The position numbers and the translations under genes were made by a program. 64,000 nt of DNA from Anolis carolinensis (taxonomy: Eukaryota): assembly GCF_035594765.1 (NCBI RefSeq), contig NC_085841.1, positions 263,034,525 through 263,098,524 on the forward strand. Reading direction: 5' to 3'. Each line of letters begins with the position of its first letter. Position 1 is the first letter of the stretch. This document shows positions 1 to 10,525 of the stretch, piece after piece. The notes under the pieces are model-generated. The model worked only from the letters and a program-made list of their open reading frames with translations. It was not told the DNA's origin and ran no database searches.

Positions 1-82
1 ATTCCTAACAGCCTACCAGCTGTTAGGTATTGTGGGACTTGAAGTCCAAAACACCTGGACAGCCGAAGTTTGCCCATGCCTG
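1..82. mobile_element. Right end of a short hAT-type MITE (cut by the window edge)
   Basis: Ends aagtttgcccatgcctg; internally similar to the MITE at 46021-46155. Confidence 0.6.
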
Positions 83-743
83 AGTTAAAAGCAAATCTGC
101 TAGAGAGAAACCAATAGATAAACAACACTACACATTCTAGTTCAGTTGATGGCATCTTAGAGGTATTTTTTCAGGAATGTTTGTGTCATTATCTTATCAG
201 TCCTGAGCAGTGCAGATGGTACAGTGTATGTGTGTGTGAAAGGGGTAATTGTAAAGACAAGGAGAGGTTGAGGGGAGAGGGGAAATCTAAAATTGATAGA
301 TGTTGTACAGATGGATGGGAGAGAACATTAGGAGGAGGAATCGAAGAAAGGGAAGAGAGCCACTCAGATAGCCTCAGAGGAGAGCAGATATCTAAGAAAT
401 GCAGAAGAGCATCTTAGTAGAAAACAGGAAAAGGATAGAAAAATCTATGGCATAGATGGATAGTGATGGCTAAACAATTTTTGCCATTAATGTGTGGAAA
501 GAAAAAAACTGGCTTTCACAATATTTATTCATATTTATTGTGTCCTGTGCCCTGCTTGCCTCTGTTTTAATGTCTGCTACTTTCTAACTGTTCTCATTCA
601 GTGTCATTGGGAAAATGGGTAAAAAATTGGGTTTTCCAAAAACTTTTCTCCCAAACTCCAAACAGGAACAAAGTGGGATAGGGAAAGAACTAAATAACTA
701 CTTTTTATCTTCATAACAGAAAGTGTTTTAGTATCATCACATA

Positions 744-1012
744 CAGGTTCAGTATCCCTTATTCCGAAATCTAAAATGCTTCAAAATCCATTGGCCACAT
801 GGATGGCCAAGATAATGACACCTTTGCTTTCTGATGATTTGTTGCTTGAAAACTTAGTTTCATGTACAAATTTATTTAAAAGGTTGATGAATGAATTTTG
901 TTTTAGACTTGAGTCCCAAGATATATGCAAAATTTAAAGATTTCCCCCCAAAAATCCAAAATCTAAAATGTTTTTGTTCCCATGCATTTTGGCTTAAGGG
1001 ATACCTAAACTG
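744..1012. mobile_element. Tigger/pogo-type (Tigger4/MER46-like) MITE
   Basis: Starts ta|caggttcagtatcccttatt and ends aagggatacctaaactg (degenerate TIRs). Related copies at 2732-3377, 14042-14210 and 16343-17437. Confidence 0.6.
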
Positions 1013-1696
1013 CGATGCAAATGTAGTCTTTCGCAGAATGGAAAGGAAATGGGCAATAAAATCTAATCGCGCCATCTGGCATGAGCTTTTATGGCTATCA
1101 ATCCATTTTATCACATACACCAATGAAGTTAATGAAGCCACACATTTTTAATCACATTTACACAATTGTCTGAATTAGACAGAATTTGATAGATAAAGAA
1201 AGATGCAAATTTTTATCCTGGCTAAAAACTTTTAGCCTTCAAAGGGTTATGGGAGATATATAGGCCTTCCAAGTATCTAGTGGTAATTTTCAAAGCAGCC
1301 TGCTAATATCGATGCATGAAAGTAATAGGTTTGCTTACGCAGAGTCACTCTCTTTGAGGTCAAAACATCCTCAAAGAAGATTGTTTTGTAATATGAACAA
1401 CTGTGAGGAGTCATGCATTAATATATTTGTTGTACCAAGAAACTACTAATGAATTGGAATTTTAAAATATAGTTTAAGTATTTTTTTTCTCTTTGCAAAC
1501 TTTGAAATGTTTATGTTTGAGAACTGCCACTTGCAAGTCCTACATTTGATTTCCAGGAAGGCTGAAATGCACCATAACGTATTTTGGGTATTGTCATTTG
1601 TTGGTTTTGTGTGTCCATTTAATCTCTTGGGTAGAGATTGTTCTCCTTGCCTAATGCAGAGTTAGAAGAGATTTGCTAACATAGGATGTCACATTG

Positions 1697-2606
1697 TGTG
1701 ATGTCTCATGGGCCTTGTAGTCCCGTTCCTAGTGCTATTGTGGCTGATGAGGAGGAAAATTTGGGATTTCCACCGGTTCAGCTTGAATCGGAGCCTCTCC
1801 ACCTGGAGGATGTTTGTCCTCAGGAAGTTAACCAAACAAGCCTTGGGCAGAATTCTCCCCCGTTTTCCCGAAAAGATAATTATAATAGAGATAGAGGAGC
1901 CAGGGAGGCTAATCGCCGGAGCCTCAGGATCGCTGCCAGACAATTAGCTGATTAGGTCTGCTTCCCTTGGGAAATTCTAAGGAGTCATGCATCTGGACAG
2001 AGTTTGGTTTCCTTTCTTGTTCTCCAGGGAAAGTGTTCTGTTGGCGGGAAAACAAGATCCTATATAGGGGTTTTGCCGCAAGGGGAACCTTGCGGAGTCA
2101 ATTTGTTCAGCTTGAGGAGAGAGATCGTGTGTAGACTTCGTACTCCAGTTCCCAGTTTCCCGGATCAAGTTTCCAGCCTCGCCTTGTTTCACGGACTTCA
2201 CTGGACTCAGTTCATGTTTCATGATTGCCTTGTTTCAAGTTTGACCTAGCCAAGTTTCAAGTCTTGCCTTGTCTTGCGTTTTACCACGGACCTTGCTTCC
2301 TAGTTTCAAGCCTTGTTTTCCAGTTTCCTTCGGATTTACCTTAAGCCTCGAAAGACTTTGGACAGTTCCCCGCACTATTGCTTGGCAATAGTGTGTGTTT
2401 CGGTTAATGGATTATAACTTTGAACTCTAATATCTTATATTGGACAATATTTTCCTGGACTATATTTGGCCTTTCCTGAAAGGTCTGCTTCTGAACTATA
2501 TTCTTCACTTGTTTTTATTGACTTTATATATTTCTTTAATAAAGATATTAGATAGAATCTGGTCTCTGCGCATGGTTATTGGTGCTCTGCAGCCTGGATC
2601 CTGACA
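1697..2606 (+). mobile_element. Solo LTR of a Tf1/sushi-type Gypsy retrotransposon (910 bp)
   Basis: TG...CA ends (tgtgatg ... cctgaca); perfect 5-bp TSD CATTG (1692-1696 and 2607-2611); TATATA at 2061; AATAAA near 2538; homologous to the LTR at 23520-24384. Confidence 0.93.
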
Positions 2607-2731
2607 CATTGGAAGAGCATCAAGTAAACGCACCTCCCGCATTGTGGGTGATGTTACTAGTACCGGTAATGTTCCTGCCAGAGCAGAGGTGAGGACAGAG
2701 TTGGTATCAGTTCCTTAGCAGGTCCTTAGTA

Positions 2732-3377
2732 CATGTTGAGCATCCCTTGTCTGGAATTTCAAAATGCTCTGAAATCTGAAATTGTTCATATGGTTGGCTG
2801 AGATATTGACACCTTTGCTTTTTAATGGTTCAATGTACACAAACTTTGTTTCTTGCACAAAAATATTTGAAAATATTGTATGAAATTTCCTTCAGGCTAT
2901 GCGTATCAGCTGTATGTGAATTTTAAATAAATTTCACAGGTCTCATCTTCAAGATATCTCATTATGTAATTACAGTAGAGTCTCACTTATCCAACACTCG
3001 CTTATCCAACGTTCTGGATTATCCAACGCATTTTTGTAGTCAATGTTTTCAATACATCGTGATATTTTGGTGCTAAATTCGTAAATACAGTAATTACTAC
3101 ATAGCATTACTGTGTATTGAACTACCTTTTCTGTAAAATTTGTTGTATAACATGATGTTTTGGTGCTTAATTTGTAAAATCATAACCTAATTTGATGTTT
3201 AATAGGCTTTATCTTAATGTCTCCTTATTATCCAACATATTCGCTTATCCAATGTTCTGCCGGCCCGTTTATGTTGGATAAGTGAGACTCTACTGTATGT
3301 GCAAATGCAGGTATTCCAAAAAAAAATTCCAAATCCCAAAAAGTCTGGTTCCACACGTATTAGAAGAGTGATACTTG
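2732..3377. mobile_element. Tigger-type MITE hosting a younger MITE
   Basis: Homologous to 744-1012 on both sides of the 2973-3295 insertion. Confidence 0.6.
2973..3295. mobile_element. Tc1/mariner-type MITE, 323 bp (copy 1)
   Basis: TIR cagtagagtctcacttatccaac / gttggataagtgagactctactg; TA target duplication; near-identical copies at 35359 and 52817. Confidence 0.92.
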
Positions 3378-5638
3378 TATTATCATCCATAAGATGTGTG
3401 CCTAGTTGTAGATGAGTAGCTGTTAAAGGCTGGGAGGTTGTCTATATGCCAATTAAACGTGACTGTCGAAAGTCTACGAGAGAGCATTTTTCTGCAAACT
3501 CATTGTAGCTTATTGCTGACACATCTGAATGGCAAGATCTGGTGATGTTCTACCGTCTTCTATTATGGCTTACCTATAGTAGATTGTTCCAAGATACCAG
3601 TCTTGTATTGTTGATTTGTCTTTTCACCTCCTTGAATGTGTATTGTAGCTTGAGAAATCTCAGCCAGAAATCCATGAGTTTTGAATCTCCCACTTATAAT
3701 ATTCTCCTTTTCGCACATTTTAATGTGTTTAATTATGTTTTAGCTGTTTTGTCTCAGTGTAGTACAGACACTTTTCCACTAGCTTTCCTATTTCTGCCCA
3801 ATACTTAGAAATGAGTATAGAGAAAACCTTCATAGGCAGCAGCATGAAGTGAGAGCACGTTGAATTTGAAACCACTGTTTACTATCTTTTCATGTTCACA
3901 TTGGATAGTGATACAATGCCTCTACCTTTCCGAAGCCTTTCTCTGAACACACCTGTCATATTCTGTCCTGTGCATTCATTTTTAGTTAAAGGCGAGGGCG
4001 TTGGCTGCCAGTATCTGGTGTCCCTTGGCTTATTTGGCTGCCTTATTTTTAGCTTCATGTTTGTCTTCTGCTGAATGTCTGCAATGTGAAAAATTTATGT
4101 TCAAGAAAAGGTGTGGTTGTGATGGTGGTTTCAGGTTTGAAGCAACGCCCACCCTTTTTCCTTGTATCACATCCAAGTTCCTATTTATGAGCTTGAGTTC
4201 CCAAAATGCCTTTGAATGTTGAACATCACCCTCTTTTTAAATAGATGGTTGAAACTGGGTGGTTTTTCGGGGCTTAGTAAGATCTATTGAAAAGTTCAGC
4301 TTTCAGCAGATGGGTGTTCAGTGCTTTCTAAATATCAAACTACACAAGATGGCAGCAGACCTGTGTTCTATTTTTATTTATTCAAACATTTGTACCCTTC
4401 CCCATACCTGTATTGTATCTCAAGGTGAGGTACAAACCATACTACATGTATGGCTATTTCAACTATATTTGTAATAACTGGCAATTGGTATTACCAGCAA
4501 GTTCACTTATATCAAACAGGTTACAGCTATCTACTTTACAGAAACAGTGGAACACAATCAAAATGTGATCCATAGTGGACTCAAAATCAAGCTATGATCA
4601 CAGAACTTCAAATTCTTATGTAAACCTAACTAAAGTTTAACTTGGCAATTAAATGAAGTGAGTTGGGCCTCTGAGAAGAACGTGTTCCAGAACAAAAATT
4701 TTGCAGGTGAAAAAAACCCTCTTCCATTCACTGATTCCAGATCTGGGACATGATGCTAGCAGTGAATTTGCACTGATTCACATAAACGGACAAAAAACAT
4801 GGGTTAAAAGGTCTCCTTTTATCCTAATTACGGCCGGAAAATGTCCATGTTCCCTGCACTCCTGAAAAACATGTGATTTCCTTCACTCCCACCATTGGAG
4901 ACCACTTCAGCACATGTCCACTTTTTAAAGCCCAAAACAGCTGAGGAAACAGACACACTGTGAAACTGACACACAGCTGATTTAAAGTAAGCATGAATGG
5001 AGAGCAAATACAACTCTCTGAAACTCTTAATTGTAAACTTTATGATATCAAACAGAGTTCGAATGAACTATTGGGAGAAGAGATAAATCTGGCAGAAGTT
5101 TTATTTTTATTTTAAAAATTCCTCCCATTATCTGCTGATCCTCGTATGTGCACATATGCTTGTATTTATATTAAGATATTTGCATGTGTGCATATACGGT
5201 CCAGCACTTAACAGAGTGATTTCTGCTGGATGTCCCTCCGTTCACCCTCCATCTTGTTCTGATACAGAGGACAGTGAGCGAAGAAATCCCAGGGCCCACA
5301 GGTCTGTGTGAGGACATGTTCTCAGGTCCTGGGTTTTATTGTCCTCTATTTAAAACCTGTATTTTCATGCTGTCTGGAAGTGCCCTGAGTCTCCTTGGGG
5401 GGTATACATACACATAATAATAAAAAGCACAAATGTTGCAACTAATGTTCCCAGATTGCAAAATGAAGACAATTCCGTACTTTAAATGGTTGTGTAGACA
5501 GAAGAAGGAATTTCAGCAGGCGTTGGTTGTCAGATAACCACTTAGCAAGCAGCACCTGTCGAAATTCCTTCAACTACATCAACAGTTCCCAAACTGTGTT
5601 CTGCAAAATTTTGGGATTCTGCAAAAACATCATAGAAA

Positions 5639-5861
5639 TTGGGTTGTTGTGTGTTTTCCAGGCAGTATGGCCATGTTCCAGAAGTATTTTCTCCTGACGT
5701 TTTGCCCACATCTATGGAAGGCATCCTCAGAGGTTGTGAGGTATATGGAGAAACTAAGCAAGGAAGGTTTATATATCTGTGGAAGATCCTGGGTGAGGAA
5801 AAGAACTCTTGTCTGTTGGAGGCCAGTGTGAATGTTTTAATAAATCACCTCAATTAGCATT
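5639..5861 (-). mobile_element. Penelope-like element terminal fragment with decayed hammerhead motif
   Basis: Homologous to 37597-37924; minus strand reads CTGAGGA-tgccttccatagatgtgggc-AAAAC-GTC. Confidence 0.75.
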
Positions 5862-8800
5862 AAATGGTCAACGTTTTCTAATGTTACACATTAAGTTGTA
5901 TTTCTGGCCTTGCAGAGGAATTGGCTGGTGCCTGTTGGAAGAACATTTTGGTTTTCTCGATGTTCAGTGAGAGGCTGGGTTTCTCGTATGCTTCTACAAA
6001 GGAGTTTAAAGTGGCTTATAGGTCTTCTTCTGAATGTGCACAGACTACGTTGTCATCGACATATTGAAGTTCTATAATAGATGTGGTGACCTTGGTTTTG
6101 GCTTTCAGTCTGCTGAGGTTAAATAGCTTGCCATCTGTCCGATAGATGGTTCCACTCCGGTGGGAAGCTTCCCATTAACAAGGTGAAGTATCATAGCGAT
6201 AAGATGGAAAATAAGGTTGGGGCAATAATACATCCCTGTTTGACACCTGATTCCACTTTAAATGGTTCGCTTTGGGAGCCATTGCTATCATGTCATTGTG
6301 AAGGAGCCGCAGGATGTTCACAAATTTGTCAGGGCACCTGATTTTTTGGAGGATGGTCCAGAGAGCACTGCGATTTACTGTGTCGAATGCCTTTGCAAGG
6401 TCAATGAATGTCATGTACAGAGGTTGGTTTTGTTCCCTGCATTTTTCTTGGAGCTGTCGAGCAGCGAAGATCATGTCCACTGTTCCTCTGGAGGGGCGGA
6501 AGCCATTCTGGGATTCTGGGAGGGTGTCTTCTGAGACAGGAAGAAGGCGGTTTGCAAGGATTCTTGCGAGGATTTTCGCAGCAGAGGTTAGGAGGGAGAT
6601 ACCGCGATAATTTCCACAGTCTGTTCTATCCCCTTTCTTGAAAAGAGTGATGATGGTGGCATCCTTGAAGTCTGCTAGGATTTTCTCGGTCACCCACACT
6701 TTTTCAATAAGTTGGTGGAGTTGTTGTATCAGCTCAGGTCCACCCTCTTTCAGCAGGGATCCCATCAGGTCCACTGGCTTTGTTATTTTTTTGTTGGTTG
6801 ATGGCATTCTTCCAAAACTTCTTCCAAACTAGGCAGTGCTGCAAGCTCATCCCTGGTTTGTTGTTGCGGGATTTGTGAGAGGGCCTCTTCGGCCACATTG
6901 GAGCTGTGATTCAGAAGGTTCTGGTAGTGCTCTTTCCAACATAGTGCAATTGATCTTTTGTCCTTCAGAAGTTTGGTTCCATCTGATGAGCATAGAGGGT
7001 GTATGCCATGGGTTCTTGGTCTGTAGATAAGCTTTGTGGCTTTGAAAAATCCCTGAGCATCATGGGTATCTGCAAAGTGTTGGATTTCTTCAGCCTTCTT
7101 TGTCCACCAGATGTTCTTGAGTTCTCTGGTCCTTCTTTGGATCTCGGCTTTTGCACTAGCATAGATCTTTTACTTAGCAGCACAGTTGGTGTCTCTCTGC
7201 CATGTTTGGAAGGCTTTCCTTTTGTTATCAATTAACTGTTGGATCTCTTTGTCATTATCGCCAAACCAGTCTTGATGTTTCTTAGTTTGTTATCCAGTGG
7301 TTTCTTTGCAGGCTGTGATGATGGAGGTCTTCAGTTTGTTCCAATGTTCCTCAACATTTTTGGGTGTTCTGTGGGTAGATGATCCTTGAGTGTTGTTTGG
7401 AGAAGGACTCATTTGGAGGGCTTCTGAAGGGCTTGGGTGTTCATTTTATGCCTTCTTTTTCTTCCTTGGAATCTGTGTTTGGGGGCGATCTTGATAGCCA
7501 TTGTGGATCGGATTAACCTGTGGTCTGTCCAGCAGTCATCAGCACCTGTCATGGCTCTTGTGAGAAGCACATCGCGGCGGTCTCTGGCACGTGTAATGAC
7601 ATAGTCTAAGAGGTGCCAATGCTTTGACCGGGGGTGCTTCCATGATGTCTTGAGCTCGTTTTTCCGGTGGAAGAGCGTGTTGGTGATGACAAGGTTGTGT
7701 TCTCCGCATTTGGTGAGAAGCAGGATGCCATTCGAGTTGCTGTTTCCAACCCCATCTTTTCCTATGATCCCTGGCCACAGGTCGGAGTCTTGTCTGACCC
7801 TTGCATTAAAATCCCCCAGGTGGATGATTTTGTCCTCCTTAGGTATCTCTGATAGGACAGTGTCCAGCTGACAATAAAAATTTTCCTTGATGTCTTGGTC
7901 AACATCTAATGTTGGTGCATAGGCACTTACGATAGTTGCCTGTTGGTTTCTGGCAAGCTTAATTCGGAGGGTTGAGAGTCATTTGTTAATGCCAATGGGT
8001 GCTTCAGTCAGGTATTTCATCAGGTCATTTCTGATAGCAAAGCCAACTCCATGTATTCTCCATTCTTCTCCAGACAGTCCCTTCCAGAAGAAGGTGTAGC
8101 CTCCTTTTTCGTCCTTCAGCTGTCCCTCTCCTGCTCTCCGGGTCTCCTGAAGGGCTGCTATGTCGATCTTAAAGCGTCCCACCTCCCTTGCAATGATAGC
8201 AGTCCTGTGTTCGGGGCATTCGCTGTCAGTGTTATCCAACAGTGTCCGTACATTCTATGTCCCAAAGTTCATTTTTCTTTTTTGGCCGCAGAGTGGTGAG
8301 CCCTCTGGATGCGGCACTCCAGTCAGGGATAAGAGAGGCAGACTATGCTTAGGGCACCTTTTCTAGCCCCTTCACCATGTGGGGTGAGCAGAGCAGATCC
8401 TAAAAATTGCTGCTCAGTTATGGATACAGCTGCCGGACTAAACTGCCTTGGACCTTGAGGTAGAACGACTGAATCCACATCCACCGCCTATGTGCTAGTC
8501 TGTGACTAGGGGCTTCCAGATTTCACAGTCCTGCCCCCGTCGCCACTCGCTGATCGCCATGGGACTTTGTTGGTTTGTTTTTAATTTTTCTTGGAAGATG
8601 CCTGTGTGTGATTTTTTTAAATGTGTGGAGGTCAGTGCATGGCCGATCAATGTACAATCTTCATAGAGTGAGGTCCAAGCCAGTGGCATGATTAACACGA
8701 CGATGGTGGCTTCTCAGTGTGTTGCGGCCTTCTTCCGCCTTCACAGCTGTTGTAACATGTACCATGTTATCCTCCGCCTTCTCTGCCATTGAAGTCTTAG

Positions 8801-8940
8801 GGTCTTCGGATTGTTCTTGGTCTGGATCCTCCCCTGTGGCCTCTACTGGGAGTTCATGACTCCAGTGGTTGTGCCCTCAGGTTCATTGGAACACGCAAGC
8901 CCCCTCACTACAACAAGGTGACAATCCATCGAGGGAGGCC
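5862..8940 (-). mobile_element. RTE-clade LINE: intact 5' end and long 5' UTR, frameshifted AP endonuclease and RT, 3' part missing
   Basis: ORF fragments RTAIIAREVGRFKIDIAALQETR (endonuclease) and GNYRGISLL, LPESQNGFRPSRGTVDMIF, FIDLAKAFDTV (RT); several frameshifts and an internal deletion. Confidence 0.92.
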
Positions 8941-10076
8941 TAGTAAAAACCAGGGATAGAGTTAGGGTTCCACATGGGGAAATGTATGCTGAAGGGTTCC
9001 ATGACCAATAAAGTTTGGGAAGTGCTCTTTGACATAACCATTAAAATGATACGAGGCCTCTCCACTTTTTCTCTGGTAATCCTCAATACAGCCCACATTA
9101 GCATTCTCTTATTCTTGAGGGGGAAAGGGTTGTGAGAATTCTGTAAAACCACCTTTTAAAAAAACCTTTAAAAGCAGTGTTGTTCTGTAAAGTGCAGTCC
9201 AATAATATTGAAAAAGCCCTTTCCCTCTCATTACCTTGGGAAACACTGAGACCTCAGAAACCAAACAGAGGCAGCTTTGTTATCCTGTGGAATTTCAAAG
9301 GCAGCTTCGTGTGACTATCCATGACTAAAAGGTCGAGTGGCAGCCTTTTTTCCCTTAAGATTTAAAAAATTCTTATATGTTGCCTCTGGAATGTTCCCCA
9401 TATGGATGGAACTTCAGAAAGAGCATGCCCATTTGTACCATCCCATTGAACAGAACTGCTTTTGAATGTGGACAATGCATTTGTCTAAATGCTGCTCAAA
9501 TTCTTCTGTTCTGCATTTCTTTTTCTTTGAAGTTTAAAGCTTCTACTGCTTTCAGTAATTTTAAACACTAGCTGAATGAGAGAGCCTTTACTTTCCTCTC
9601 AGTTACCTGCCCTTCCTCATCTTCTCCTGCCTGTGGATTATAAACATTATTCCAGATTTATGGCTAAACCTTTTAAGACTGTTTGCATGTATTACTGTAG
9701 CTGCAATTTTAGTAAATTTATCAAATTAATTGGGATCTTTTTTAGTGGAACAGCTAAAAAGATGCCTGGACTGAATCAGGCAGATAATAATATCTATGAA
9801 TTAATGCTGAATATAACTACAGTACTTAGAAAAAATGTGAACAGCAGCCACCATTTTAGGAGTGTCTCTCCTAAGACAGTTCCTGCTACAAAATATGTGC
9901 CGTATAAAAGAAAGTCAGCTGTTTTGTTCTACAACTCTTTGTTTAGATTTTCAAGGAGTTTGAACTGAACACTGTCTTGTAAAGCGAATTAATTCAAGAT
10001 TTCTTGAATTATGAGATAGCCCTCTGTATTTCTTTGCTACTGGTCTGCATGAACTGTTATCTTGGATTGTACACAC

Positions 10077-10525
10077 TATTTACTTAGGTGATCCCTCGTT
10101 GTCCAAGTGTGATGGCCCTCCAAGTGTAATGTCTTGGCAGTGGACATGTAGGTGACTATAGAGCCCTACTCTTGACCAGCATGTCCTTCCACAATGAGGA
10201 AATGGGTTTCCAGGTGAAAGGCAGTCTCGGTCTGGGTTGGCTTGCTATGTCTTCCTCTTGACACATTTCTCCCTTTCTTCCTCCATTCGTACCTCTTCAA
10301 ATTCCACAGGACTTCTGGTCACAGCTGACCTGCAGCTAGAGCGCTCAAGGGCCAGGGCTTCCCAGTTCTCGATGTCTATACCACAGTTTTTAAGGTTAGC
10401 TTTAAGCCCATCTTTAAATCTCTTTTCCTGTCCACCAACATTCCATTTTCCATTCTTAAGTTGGGAATACAGCAATTGCTTTGGAAGATAGTGATCGAGC
10501 AGTCAGACAATGTGGCCAGTCCACG
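10077..10525 (-). mobile_element. 5'-truncated RTE LINE 3' end
   Basis: LLYSQLKNGK..GGQEKRFKDGLKANLK C-terminal RTE peptide; 13-bp TSD ggattgtacacac (10064-10076 and 10526-10538). Confidence 0.88.

Noticed and set aside
1686-1700. Upstream ATG extending the U3 ORF to 89 aa
   Set aside because: It lies in flanking host DNA outside the LTR and is absent from the second copy; coincidental.
1689-1947. Alternative open frames over the LTR U3 (1708-1947 + and 1689-1943 -, and their counterparts at 24098-24401)
   Set aside because: They appear less conserved at protein level between the two LTR copies; the silent-change pattern fits only the frame starting at 1701 / 24380.
9576-9968. 130-aa ORF
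   Set aside because: No recognisable motif, no splice context linking it to EPS8L2.
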